A DNA stretch of 59,349 nt, taken from assembly GCA_910587225.1 (NCBI GenBank), contig CAJULT010000004.1:1-59349 (forward strand). The letters are read 5' to 3'. The translations under genes and the position numbers were made by a program. The notes under the pieces were generated by a model, which did no database searches, was not told the origin of the DNA, and saw only the letters and a list, made by a program, of their open reading frames with translations. Positions 46,910-55,881 of this stretch are shown piece by piece. Position 1 is the stretch's first letter, and each line of letters opens with the position of its first letter. The DNA comes from an uncultured Christensenellaceae bacterium. Its GTDB lineage: Bacteria > Bacillota > Clostridia > Christensenellales > UBA1242.

Positions 46910-49201
46910 TTATTCTTGAAAGACCTTTACAACAAGGCAGGTCATATCGTCTACTGCGTAGCCGTTATTGCCTGCGAGCGCACGAGAAAGTATTTCCTCT
47001 GCAAACTCCTGTGGGTTTGCCGTCTTGATAGTTAGAATAAACTCTTTAAACGCCTCGTCACTACCAAAGCTGTCGCTGATACCATCACTGCAAAGAACTA
47101 TCATATCTTTCTCGCCTACCACAAGTTTGTTCGTAAGCGCGCTGACGTCATTTAACACCCCTATAGGAAGCGCCCCACCAGTCACTATCTTACACTCATC
47201 GGTTGTGCGTACATAGCTTGAAGTAGCCCCCATTTTGACAAAATCTGCAATTCCACTTCTAAGGTCCACTACACAAATATCTATTGTAGAGAACACGTCA
47301 TTTTTCTCAAGATTTAAAAGTCTATTCACACTAGACAAGATTATCTCATTATCAAAGCCCGCCTTATAGAAGTTTTCAATAAGACTAACTGCTGTATCAC
47401 TTTTTTGATTTGCCGCTTCGCCCGATCCCATACCGTCGCAAAGTGCGAACATAAATCGGTCACCGTCCAACCTTTGCACGCTATGACAATCGCCGCTGAC
47501 AGCTGAGCCTGACTTATTATGGCAGGCAAGACCAAACACGCAATCATATCTTGGTGCGGTTTTGAGATTAACAGTTACAAGTCCTGCGCGAGAAGCTGGA
47601 TAGGTTTCATAAGGCATCATGCGCTGCCCGCAAATCTTGCTTACTACCTGTCTAAGTTTTTCTCTATCCGCATCTTCACTGCGCACGATCAGCGAAGCCA
47701 TCATTGTACGCGCATCTCGCTCATACACCACAGCATCAGTACAAATGATGTTTGCATAGGCGAGTTCATCAATTATTTTACCCTCTCTTACACTATCAAA
47801 AGATACTAGAAGGTCAACTTCCCCCGCAAGACCTTTCAAAATTTGAGATATTCCACTAAGCTGGTCAGCCACGAGCAGCTTACTAGAATCCACACTTTCG
47901 ACAAGGCTTGAATAGTTTTTATATTGAGCTGTAAGCGTGTTAATGGCGCTTATAAGACTGTTAGTTTTTGCACAGCGAGAAGTTAAGTAACTCGGAATGT
48001 CGAGTAGTGTAATTTTACCCTTCTCCATTGCGATTTGAATAAGCTCTTCAAACATTTTCTTACTTTCATTTGAAAAGGTGCGGTGACAATGTTTATATTC
48101 AGGACAGCCTTTACAAATTTCGCCACGAATTTCTTCAAACAGCATATCTTTCACCTGCTGACTGTTCATGTTTTGCTTAATTAGTTTTCTAAACACGCTG
48201 TCCATTTCGCAAAATACTTCGCTAAGATTGCCAAGCCGCCTGCTTAGCACCTGTCTATTACGGTTAACGATATTTTTCATGCCTAGCCTATCAGCACTTG
48301 ACGAAAGAAGGGTTGAAATTTGATCTAAAAGCTTTGCAGGAATTACCATAAAAACCGCTCCGCTAAGTAGAACTGGCAAAGCGTCTAGCCAAGTATAACT
48401 GTAATACAATGAGAAGTAGAAACCACAAACCGCCTCAGCCGCAAACATTGCAAGTACAGGAAAAATTCTTTGTTTGGTGCGAAAAGCGGTTATCGCAAGC
48501 GCCCATAAAATGAAGGGCGCAACATAAAGAGGGTTACCATTGCCGAGCAGCGTTCCAAAGCCCATAATCCCCGCAAGAAGGGGCGCAATAAAGCCTTTAC
48601 AAGTATGGCTAACACACAACAGAATTAACGGAACAATTAGTTTTAAAAAAGAAAATCCGAAAAAGTCAAATGATGCCAGTCCATCTACAATTGCCATTAA
48701 GACGAAAGCCCCGGCAATAAGTTCTCCACTAGTAAGTTTATAGGTAAACCCACGCACAATTATAGCTTCAAAAATTTGCAGGCAGGCGTACATAAAAAGC
48801 ACCCCAACTCCCACATGTAATATGCACACAAGCCAAGCGCCCGAAAGCGCAGTAAATACTACATACGCCGTCTGACCTATAACTGCATATATTGGAAGTT
48901 CCCACCTTCGCATATTCTTTTTAAGCAGGACGTGAACGTAATAAGGAACGGCAATCATTAACACCGCTACAAAGGAAGATAGAATTCCTTCAAAGGTAAA
49001 GTTTGTTGCCATGGTAGCAAAAAGATAGGCGGGGCATACAATCCACACTTTCTGATTAGACCAAATAAGCGCAACCATGCAGCCAAAGGCAAAAGGGAAA
49101 ATGGTAACCTGCAAACTAGCCAAATCTAATAGATAAAAGGTAACAAAAAAGAATACTAAGGTTAAAAAATAGCGAAGATATTTGTTCATAGTTTTCTCCA
49201 T
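46910..49201 (-). CDS. spoIIE: stage II sporulation protein E (PP2C phosphatase with a polytopic membrane domain)
   Basis: About 10 N-terminal TM helices and a C-terminal PP2C domain (SGDCHSVQRL..FALCDGMGSGEAAN..DDMTCLVVKV). Confidence 0.85.
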   Translation of the reverse strand: MEKTMNKYLRYFLTLVFFFVTFYLLDLASLQVTIFPFAFGCMVALIWSNQKVWIVCPAYLFATMATNFTFEGILSSFVAVLMIAVPYYVHVLLKKNMRRWELPIYAVIGQTAYVVFTALSGAWLVCILHVGVGVLFMYACLQIFEAIIVRGFTYKLTSGELIAGAFVLMAIVDGLASFDFFGFSFLKLIVPLILLCVSHTCKGFIAPLLAGIMGFGTLLGNGNPLYVAPFILWALAITAFRTKQRIFPVLAMFAAEAVCGFYFSLYYSYTWLDALPVLLSGAVFMVIPAKLLDQISTLLSSSADRLGMKNIVNRNRQVLSRRLGNLSEVFCEMDSVFRKLIKQNMNSQQVKDMLFEEIRGEICKGCPEYKHCHRTFSNESKKMFEELIQIAMEKGKITLLDIPSYLTSRCAKTNSLISAINTLTAQYKNYSSLVESVDSSKLLVADQLSGISQILKGLAGEVDLLVSFDSVREGKIIDELAYANIICTDAVVYERDARTMMASLIVRSEDADREKLRQVVSKICGQRMMPYETYPASRAGLVTVNLKTAPRYDCVFGLACHNKSGSAVSGDCHSVQRLDGDRFMFALCDGMGSGEAANQKSDTAVSLIENFYKAGFDNEIILSSVNRLLNLEKNDVFSTIDICVVDLRSGIADFVKMGATSSYVRTTDECKIVTGGALPIGVLNDVSALTNKLVVGEKDMIVLCSDGISDSFGSDEAFKEFILTIKTANPQEFAEEILSRALAGNNGYAVDDMTCLVVKVFQE

Positions 49202-49267
49202 AAACCAAGTATATCTCCGCTTTAATTATTGACATTTATACAAAGCTAGGCTTTTATAGCCAAAAAT

Positions 49268-49816
49268 TTACTTTTTTGTCAGTTTTTTTAGATAATTATT
49301 AATTATCTCAACAGTTTTTGGCATTTCTAGGTTTTCAATCACTAGGTCATATTCGTCAAGGCATGCCCTTTCCATAGGCGCACGCGACATGCGGAAACGA
49401 GCATTCTCTTCCGTTTCCCCGCGCCCAATTAACCTGTCATAAATTACCTCATCTGGCGCGTCTAAGAAAATAGATACAACTGGCGACTTCCCCTTAAAAT
49501 ATTCTCGCATTTTACGGTTGCCATAAACATCAATGTCTTTGATGTAAATATGATCCTTATCTTCGACAATAGCATCTATCGTTTCATTAAGCGTGCCAAC
49601 ATGATGACTATGAAGTGCTACCGTTTCAAAAAAGTGTCCCGCCTTTTCCTTTTTAGCGAACTCCTCTTCCGTCAAGTAAATATAATTGCACTCTCCGGGT
49701 CTTGCCCCGCGCGTTGTAACAGATTTAAAGAAGCGCATGTTGTCATGCTGCTTAATAAGTTCATTTATAATAGTATTTTTACCTACTCCAGATACTCCTG
49801 AAACTATGATTAACAT
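49268..49816 (-). CDS. guanylate kinase-like P-loop kinase
   Basis: GVSGVGKNT P-loop, and SVTTRGARPGE..YIYLTEEEF resembling the TTRxxRxGE..Y.F motif of Gmk. The family assignment is only approximate. Confidence 0.6.
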   Translation of the reverse strand: MLIIVSGVSGVGKNTIINELIKQHDNMRFFKSVTTRGARPGECNYIYLTEEEFAKKEKAGHFFETVALHSHHVGTLNETIDAIVEDKDHIYIKDIDVYGNRKMREYFKGKSPVVSIFLDAPDEVIYDRLIGRGETEENARFRMSRAPMERACLDEYDLVIENLEMPKTVEIINNYLKKLTKK

Positions 49817-49875
49817 TTTGTTTTTATCCTTTTATATAACATACCAAAAAACAAAATTTTTTCAAAACAAAATTG

Positions 49876-50571
49876 CTACATTTCAAAAAACTTCAATATG
49901 CCGGCAAGCAGGCAATAACAAAAATCTTTCATGTATTTTTCATCAACAAGTCTTGCCTCTTCTTCTGGATTTGATAGATAACCGCATTCCACAAGTACGC
50001 TAGGTTTTGTGGTACAGTTGAGCATATAGTAATCACCCACGCTTGAAACCTTTCTCGCATTAGGCACACCTTTGACAATCTCCTCTTGAACGCTATCCGC
50101 AAGCGCCTTACCCGCCTCAGCTCCTTTGGCGTAAAAAACCTGCGCGCCACGCGCGGAAGAAAGAGGATAACTATTCATATGAAGACTAATTACAAGGTCT
50201 GCATTGCTGCCCTCAATTATCTGCCTCCGCCTTTCCATATCGCTACGCTTTTTGTTTGGCGCAGTAGGAGAATAAAGCCCATTCATGTCCGCCCTTGTCA
50301 TAGTTACGCCAATACCATAGTCCTCACATAAAGCTTTTAACGCAAAGGCGTACTGCAAATTTAAATGGCTTTCATCCACGCCGGTAATCTTTCCAACCGC
50401 GCCACCATCAATTCCACCATGCCCGGCATCAATAACAATAGAATAGGTCGGTTTAGGCGAACTCGCCGCCTTTACCGAAAAATATGTGCCAAAAACACCA
50501 CCAGCTGCAATAATGCATAACAAAACTGCAATGATTGTCCTTTTTTTGATAGTTAAAAATTTAAGTTTCAT
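49876..50571 (-). CDS. cwlD: N-acetylmuramoyl-L-alanine amidase, CwlD-like (Amidase_3)
   Basis: N-terminal TM anchor, IDAGHGGIDGGAVG, SLHMNS, ECGYLSNPEE, and a sporulation-gene neighbourhood. Confidence 0.8.
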   Translation of the reverse strand: MKLKFLTIKKRTIIAVLLCIIAAGGVFGTYFSVKAASSPKPTYSIVIDAGHGGIDGGAVGKITGVDESHLNLQYAFALKALCEDYGIGVTMTRADMNGLYSPTAPNKKRSDMERRRQIIEGSNADLVISLHMNSYPLSSARGAQVFYAKGAEAGKALADSVQEEIVKGVPNARKVSSVGDYYMLNCTTKPSVLVECGYLSNPEEEARLVDEKYMKDFCYCLLAGILKFFEM

Positions 50572-50662
50572 TAAGATATTTTATTTAGGGAACAAATATT
50601 TTATGATGTATCTATTGAAATTTGTGATTTTATGTGATATATTTAAGTTAATAGGGGGTTTC

Positions 50663-51313
50663 ATGAGAAAGATTATAGTTATTCCTGAATACATGAATGC
50701 TGATCGAGAAAGAAGTTGCGTTTTGGATGAAACAATACCTATTGAGATCAGTTTCAAACATGTGTTTCAAGGGGAAAAAGATATTGTATGTGAATACTAT
50801 GTCTATAATTTTCATATTGATGATTTTAAAAATCTTGATAACTTTATTTTTAAACCTAAAAAAACTCCTTCCTCTACTATTCATAAATTTGTTTTTACAA
50901 CCGATGGGAAAATTTCTTTTATAGATACGGGTTATCCCGATATTCTCTCCGCAATGGCTGCAATGCCAAAGGATGAAATGAAAGAGTCTATATTCTGTAT
51001 TGATCTTTGGGCAGATAATGTTCGCTCCGGCTTTGACACTAGAATTCTTAAAGGGGGACTTCCTACTTGTGAGGCTTTAGAAGCATTGATTTCAAAAACA
51101 ACCAAAAATGTGTTTTTCTACTCACATTGCTGGGGATATGAAGCAGAAAGATTTGTCAACGAAATGAAAAAGAAATACAAAGAGCTTCATCAGGGAAATA
51201 TGGTTTATCATCAGCTCCAACGATATGAAGGTGATGGTTGTTATGTCCGCCTGTTTGAAAATGCAAAAAATTTTTGTCACAATCAACTAAAATGCGATGA
51301 CGAAAATACATGA
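50663..51313 (+). CDS. hypothetical protein (216 aa)
   Basis: ORF-track ORF trimmed to the ATG at 50663 (AGGGGG Shine-Dalgarno). The longer version would overlap cwlD. No recognisable motif. Confidence 0.6.
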   Translation: MRKIIVIPEYMNADRERSCVLDETIPIEISFKHVFQGEKDIVCEYYVYNFHIDDFKNLDNFIFKPKKTPSSTIHKFVFTTDGKISFIDTGYPDILSAMAAMPKDEMKESIFCIDLWADNVRSGFDTRILKGGLPTCEALEALISKTTKNVFFYSHCWGYEAERFVNEMKKKYKELHQGNMVYHQLQRYEGDGCYVRLFENAKNFCHNQLKCDDENT

Positions 51314-51354
51314 GTGTTTAAATATGTTTCTGTGTATCCGTAAAATTAAAAGTT

Positions 51355-51381
51355 AAGCATATCTCAAGGGTATGCTTTTTT
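51355..51381 (+). terminator. rho-independent terminator
   Basis: AAGCATA/TATGCTT 7-bp stem, 9-nt loop, T-run. Confidence 0.7.
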
Positions 51382-51396
51382 ATAACAAAAATTTTC

Positions 51397-51425
51397 TTGA
51401 CAAAAAAGTTTGATTTGGACATAAT
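51397..51425 (+). promoter_or_regulatory. sigma-A promoter TTGACA-17-CATAAT placed 6 nt before the ATG
   Basis: TTGACA at 51397-51402, 17-nt spacer, CATAAT at 51420-51425, then TAAGTT, then the ATG at 51432. No Shine-Dalgarno. Confidence 0.6.
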
Positions 51426-51431
51426 TAAGTT

Positions 51432-52040
51432 ATGAAATTTCTTTTATGTCTTATCATGCTTTTTAGTGGCGTCAGCAATGCTACCTACGCGGCCGACAAT
51501 GCCTATGTTATGGTGCCAAGCTGCCCCGTTTATCAAACAGCAGACTTCTCATCTCCTCTCCTTTACAATGATGAGCCTGTTACCCTTGCAAATAATAGCG
51601 AGGTTGTCGAGCTGGTGGTAGAGGGCGACTTTGCAAAAATAACTTTTAATTATCTAGACACCGAACTTGAAGGTTATGTCTACAAATACTATCTATCTTT
51701 TTCCAAGTCTGAACAAGAAATGTATCCTGTCTTTAATGGCAGTGTCGCTCATGAGGGTGCAGTCATTTATGACTTGCAAGAAACCCCTACCACGCACACA
51801 GCAAAGGCAGGACAGGGAATTTATCTTTACAAAGGTTACCAGCACCATGAAAAGTATAACGCGGTAGCAATAGTTCTTGAAGATGGCAGCCTATACTATG
51901 GCCTTATGCTGACTAGCGACATTTCACCAAACGGGATTAACGCGGGGCTGATTACTGGTATTATGGTTATTGCGTCCTGCCTTACTATTATCTTCCTTTT
52001 AGTGTTTATCAAAAAGAAAAAAGGTGGCAGTAAAGGTTGA
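51432..52040 (+). CDS. secreted/membrane protein: signal peptide, SH3b-like repeats, C-terminal TM anchor
   Basis: MKFLLCLIMLFSGVSNATYA signal. Two segments resemble bacterial SH3 (..VTLANNSEVVELVVEGDFAKITF.. and ..AKAGQGIYLYKGYQ..YNAVAIVLEDG..). C-terminal TM helix plus KKKKGG. Confidence 0.55.
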   Translation: MKFLLCLIMLFSGVSNATYAADNAYVMVPSCPVYQTADFSSPLLYNDEPVTLANNSEVVELVVEGDFAKITFNYLDTELEGYVYKYYLSFSKSEQEMYPVFNGSVAHEGAVIYDLQETPTTHTAKAGQGIYLYKGYQHHEKYNAVAIVLEDGSLYYGLMLTSDISPNGINAGLITGIMVIASCLTIIFLLVFIKKKKGGSKG

Positions 52041-52107
52041 AAACTTTAAATTTCTAACCTATACTCCTTATCACAAAGCCATGCGCTTAAAGATAAGGAG
52101 TTTTATT

Positions 52108-53166
52108 ATGCAAACAATCAAAGACCTTGAAAGTAGTGTTGCGGCACTTAAACTAGACATTCAACACCTGTCACGAGTAAGTATACCAAAGCTGCAAAAG
52201 TTAATAGAAGGTGCAGCCCTGCCAGATATGAGCGGAATTGAAAATAATATCACCTCATTAAAAAATTCCCTTTCTATGCTCACAGGAAAAGTTGATGACA
52301 ATTCTAAATCAATCACTAACCTTCTGGGTGGAATAAACGCGTTCAATGAACAAATTGCCGAATGCCAAATTCAAATTGCTGAAAACATAAACGATATAAA
52401 AGAAAACGCATCCGCCTTATCAGATGTCAACTGCTCGCTTACAGATTTAAATCAAAAAGTTGTAGGCTGCAAAAATAGTGTTTCTTCTCTAAGCGCAACA
52501 GTAAGTGCCTGCTTTACAAAAATTCAAAATTGCGAAAGTTCTGTTTCGTCTAATGCAGAAAAAATTACCACACTTCAAAATGATTTATCCACAATACAGA
52601 ATTCAATTTCAACAGCCGAAAGCAATGTTAACAGTTTGCAAACAAAGGTCAATGAACAGGCTGAAAGCTTAACAACGCTATCTTCTTCCATTTCCGCTTT
52701 ATCAAATTGGAAAGGTGAAATTTTAGAGACAATAAATGATATGTCAACTAAGATTAATGAGCTTTGGAACAACTGCGGTGAACGAATTGTCACAATCTAC
52801 GACGCGTCATCTGCCGACCCGAATGTCAACTGGGGCTTTACAGCAGGTATGGTTGGTGGCAATAGTTTAACTTATGATTTCTCTCCTTTCAAAAGGCTAC
52901 GCATTCATGCGTCAGTTAATAAATATGATGTTACCAGCGTAGTTGATTTGCAGCACCGCAAGTTTAGCGAAATAGCTCTTCACACATGTAGCGTGGGCGT
53001 TGACAAACAGTTCTATCTTAAAGTCAACATCCTTGCCAACAAAACAAGACTCATCATCAACCAAGCTGGCGCTTATGCTATCAATATGGTTACCTTCGAT
53101 ATGAGCTTTGAAAGATGTAAAGGCGACGCCAATTATTATGTTTATAGAATTGAAGGTTTATTATAA
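52108..53166 (+). CDS. coiled-coil fibre-like protein with Cys-studded heptads and a C-terminal beta-rich globular domain
   Basis: Start at 52108 (AAGGAG Shine-Dalgarno). About 230 aa of N/S/L/I-rich periodic sequence carry 6 Cys, followed by ~110 aa of non-repetitive sequence ending YYVYRIEGLL. Confidence 0.6.
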   Translation: MQTIKDLESSVAALKLDIQHLSRVSIPKLQKLIEGAALPDMSGIENNITSLKNSLSMLTGKVDDNSKSITNLLGGINAFNEQIAECQIQIAENINDIKENASALSDVNCSLTDLNQKVVGCKNSVSSLSATVSACFTKIQNCESSVSSNAEKITTLQNDLSTIQNSISTAESNVNSLQTKVNEQAESLTTLSSSISALSNWKGEILETINDMSTKINELWNNCGERIVTIYDASSADPNVNWGFTAGMVGGNSLTYDFSPFKRLRIHASVNKYDVTSVVDLQHRKFSEIALHTCSVGVDKQFYLKVNILANKTRLIINQAGAYAINMVTFDMSFERCKGDANYYVYRIEGLL

Positions 53167-53192
53167 TAAAAACGGGCTTGACTGTCCGTTTT

Positions 53193-53498
53193 TTAATATG
53201 CTCTTATATAACCTGCGAAGAAGGCGTAAATGGCAAGCGCCACCGTGCCAATAAAGAATAATGCCGCAAGAAAATAATTTAATCTTTTTAAAACTTTTCC
53301 GCTTTTCACATCCTGATAAGATCCGTTAAAGAAAAAGCAGCAGCCCATACTATAGCACACTACTACCGCTGCAAGCCAGCTGTTTATAATTTTAAAATAA
53401 TTTAAAAGTATGCAAGCCACTCCGATTGCTGAAACCAAAAGCCCCATAAGTCTTGTGGCGTTCATGCGCTTTTTTAAATATTTTGTATATGCGTCCAT
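53193..53498 (-). CDS. small membrane protein (about three TM helices)
   Basis: 101-aa hydrophobic ORF with an AGAGG Shine-Dalgarno-like element. Confidence 0.5.
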   Translation of the reverse strand: MDAYTKYLKKRMNATRLMGLLVSAIGVACILLNYFKIINSWLAAVVVCYSMGCCFFFNGSYQDVKSGKVLKRLNYFLAALFFIGTVALAIYAFFAGYIRAY

Positions 53499-53552
53499 AA
53501 CTATACCTCTAATCTATTGTACCTATATTTCCCCGATAAGTCAAATTAATAT

Positions 53553-54392
53553 CTAAAATTTTGGAATAAAGCAGTCGCTTGCACTTGTTATATCTTGGAA
53601 ATATCCGTTGTCAAGTCCTATTCTTTCAGCGTGGGCTAAAACTGTTTTTAGTTCAAGCGGTGTTATCTTACGGCTGAACTCGCCTCTGCCAGTAGGTGTA
53701 AATTGACTCATTATACTTACGCAAGGCTGCTTAAAATTCTCCTTTATAAAATTTAGCAGCTTGATACTATCTTTTACCTGTCCGGGCAAAATAAGGTGAC
53801 GTATAAGCACGCCTGATACAAGCTTACCCTCTTCAAATTTGTTTGGCTTAAGTGAGGACATAAGCTTAATTGCTTTTCCTGCCACCTCAAAATAATCTTT
53901 TGCGCCCGCTACCCTCAATGACAAATTAGGGTCGTAAAATTTAAGGTCAACTAAAAATATATCAACATGCGGAGCAATTAATTTTATCACCTCTTCGCTT
54001 TCATAACCATTACTATTCCAAACTACCTTAACTTTCGGTTTAACAAGTTTCATAGCTTGGATTATTTGCATTGAAAAGTGGGAGGGCGTCACAAGGTCAA
54101 TGCTCTCGTAGTTATTTAAATTGTAACTTTCTAAAAGCCTCGCAAACTCACTCACCGAATAGGACTGGCCTTTGCCTATATGCGAAATTTCGTAATTTTG
54201 GCAAAACTGGCAACGAAGATTGCAGCCCGAAAAAAAGATGGCAAGTGCGCCTTTATCTCCACTCACACAAGGCTCTTCCCATTTAAAGTTTTCAATAATT
54301 TTAGCTATGCGAATGTCTTGCCCTTCTCTGCAAAAACCCGTTTGCATAGTTCTATCGACATTACATTTTCGCGGACAACTATTGCATTTCAT
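53553..54392 (-). CDS. radical SAM protein (PflX-like activase family)
   Basis: The CNLRCQFCQN CxxxCxxC cluster and the N-terminal MKCNSCPRKCNVDR motif are typical of this family. The start is set at 54392. Confidence 0.8.
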   Translation of the reverse strand: MKCNSCPRKCNVDRTMQTGFCREGQDIRIAKIIENFKWEEPCVSGDKGALAIFFSGCNLRCQFCQNYEISHIGKGQSYSVSEFARLLESYNLNNYESIDLVTPSHFSMQIIQAMKLVKPKVKVVWNSNGYESEEVIKLIAPHVDIFLVDLKFYDPNLSLRVAGAKDYFEVAGKAIKLMSSLKPNKFEEGKLVSGVLIRHLILPGQVKDSIKLLNFIKENFKQPCVSIMSQFTPTGRGEFSRKITPLELKTVLAHAERIGLDNGYFQDITSASDCFIPKF

Positions 54393-54398
54393 GCTAGC

Positions 54399-54427
54399 AT
54401 TATACCACATCTATAACTATTTTCAAA
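54399..54427 (-). promoter_or_regulatory. promoter TTTGAA-17-TATAAT with an extended -10 (TGG), 6 nt before the radical-SAM ATG
   Basis: On the minus strand, TTTGAA is at 54427-54422, the spacer ends in TGG, TATAAT is at 54404-54399, then GCTAGC, then the ATG at 54392. No Shine-Dalgarno. Confidence 0.55.
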
Positions 54428-54455
54428 AATTATCCCAAATTTTTTCATTTTTTCA

Positions 54456-54484
54456 TTGACATAAATATCAAAATTATATATAAT
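54456..54484 (+). promoter_or_regulatory. consensus sigma-A promoter TTGACA-17-TATAAT for tRNA-Met
   Basis: TTGACA at 54456-54461, 17-nt spacer, TATAAT at 54479-54484. The tRNA starts 10 nt later. Confidence 0.8.
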
Positions 54485-54494
54485 TTAAAAGCAT

Positions 54495-54571
54495 GGCAGC
54501 ATAGCTCAGCTGGCTAGAGCGCATGATTCATACTCATGAGGTCACTGGTTCGATCCCAGTTGCTGCTACCA
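54495..54571 (+). tRNA. tRNA with anticodon CAT (elongator Met; a lysidine-modified Ile2 cannot be excluded)
   Basis: Acceptor GGCAGCA/TGCTGCT; D-arm GCTC-AGCTGGCTA-GAGC; anticodon stem CATGA/TCATG with loop TTCATAC; T-arm ACTGG-TTCGATC-CCAGT; ACCA. It lacks the initiator-type three G-C pairs in the anticodon stem. Confidence 0.85.
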
Positions 54572-54576
54572 AACTT

Positions 54577-54602
54577 CCCAACCCTTGCGGTTGGGCTTTT
54601 TA
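54577..54602 (+). terminator. rho-independent terminator after the tRNA
   Basis: CCCAACC/GGTTGGG 7-bp stem, CTTGC loop, then CTTTTTATT. Confidence 0.75.
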
Positions 54603-54688
54603 TTGCAAAGAGTAAGAAAAGAAGAACTTGTTCGATTTTTATTTGGAAAAATGATGACTTTTGTCTAAAATATAGGAAGGAGTTAAAC

Positions 54689-55708
54689 ATGAGTAAAATT
54701 ATAACTAACAAGTATGCACGCATCGCATTTCAAATTTTGCTATTGGCGGTAGGATCAGCTATCATTTGTCTTGGCTATAACTGCTTCTATACACCGCATG
54801 ATTTTACACCAAGCGGGTTCTCTGGACTTGCAACTATATTTTCGGTTCTTTTGTCGCGCGTTGGAATTAATATAGGATCGTCCATTATTTACCTTGGTCT
54901 TAACGTGATTCTTGTAATACTAGCCTTTATCTTCTTTGGTTGGAAGTTTGCGATTATGACACTTATGGGTATCGGTATCTTCACGTTATGCCTTGAATAT
55001 GTGTATATCCCAGCTCTTGTACCAGCAGATCCGACAATTTCAGCCTTGGTTGGAGGCGCTATTGTAGGCGTCGGCGGAGGAATTATTTTTAGAAGCGGCG
55101 GCTGCACTGGTGGTAGTGATGTAGTAGTTTTGCTTTTAAATAAGTATTTCCCAAATATTAAAACAGGTCAGTGTTCCATGATAATCAACCTTGTTGTAAT
55201 TGTGCTTAGCGTAATTACTTTCGGTATCAACTGCGCCTTCTACACAATTGTAGCAATCTTCATTGCGGGCAAAATGATGGACACAATACTTAACGGTTCA
55301 AAAGGTGTACGTGCCTTCTATATCATCTGCGACAAAGAAGAAGCTGTTGCCGAAAAGATTTTACAGACCTTTAACCGCGGCGTAACAAAACTCAATGCGG
55401 AAGGAGCTTTTTCACATAAGCAAAAAACTATGCTCCTCTGCCTTGTAACTAATGAACAAGCAAGAAGAATGAAATTGATAGTTCATGAAGCCGACCCAAA
55501 TAGTTTTATGTTCTCTACTAGCGTGAGAGAGGCTATGGGCGAAACAATGTTTATCCGCGAAGTTTCTCAGCGTAAACACCAGCTACTCAACGCACAAATC
55601 GATCTTAAAACCGAAAACAAATTTGCTCATGCAAAGCAAACTAGACTTTCCAAAAGAAACAAACTCAAATATGTAAAACCGCATAAAAAGCACCTTTCTA
55701 AAGCTTAA
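54689..55708 (+). CDS. YitT-family membrane protein (DUF2179 C-terminal domain) with a Lys-rich tail
   Basis: Start at 54689 (GGAAGGAG Shine-Dalgarno). The ORF-track N-terminal extension runs through the tRNA gene and terminator. Polytopic N-terminal half, then GVTKLNAEGAFSHKQKTMLLCLVTNEQARRMKLIVHEADPNSFM. Confidence 0.75.
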   Translation: MSKIITNKYARIAFQILLLAVGSAIICLGYNCFYTPHDFTPSGFSGLATIFSVLLSRVGINIGSSIIYLGLNVILVILAFIFFGWKFAIMTLMGIGIFTLCLEYVYIPALVPADPTISALVGGAIVGVGGGIIFRSGGCTGGSDVVVLLLNKYFPNIKTGQCSMIINLVVIVLSVITFGINCAFYTIVAIFIAGKMMDTILNGSKGVRAFYIICDKEEAVAEKILQTFNRGVTKLNAEGAFSHKQKTMLLCLVTNEQARRMKLIVHEADPNSFMFSTSVREAMGETMFIREVSQRKHQLLNAQIDLKTENKFAHAKQTRLSKRNKLKYVKPHKKHLSKA

Positions 55709-55710
55709 TA

Positions 55711-55738
55711 AAAAAAGCACACTTCAAGTGTGTTTTTT
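55711..55738. terminator. bidirectional rho-independent terminator
   Basis: CACACT-TCA-AGTGTG stem-loop (55718-55732), flanked by an A-run and a T-run. Confidence 0.65.
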
Positions 55739-55881
55739 AATTCCCATATTTCCTAAGCTCGCGTAGAAGCAAGATTTTTAAGGCTCGTCGAATGCGACTA
55801 GGCAGGAGTTTAGTAAAAGCTAAATGACTGTTTTGAGCCGCCCGCCAGTGAACGCAGAAATGCGCCGCTTATATGTGGAAA

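Noticed and set aside
50486-50662. N-terminal extensions of ORFs 50486-51313 and 52024-53166
   Set aside because: The first would overlap the cwlD start region on the other strand, and the second would overlap the end of 51432-52040. Internal ATGs at 50663 and 52108 have proper Shine-Dalgarno sequences.
54536-54688. N-terminal 51-codon extension of the YitT ORF in the ORF track
   Set aside because: The extension runs through the 3' part of the tRNA-Met gene and its terminator. A good GGAAGGAG Shine-Dalgarno precedes the ATG at 54689.
55741-55881. 140-nt comparatively GC-rich stretch between the yitT terminator and the spo0A stop; checked for a small ORF, ncRNA or gene remnant
   Set aside because: There is no ORF longer than ~25 codons in any frame, no convincing stable fold, and no match to RNA families I know (SRP, 6S, tmRNA). 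The 8-mer GCAGGAGT shared with tRNA-Leu is probably chance. Left unexplained.
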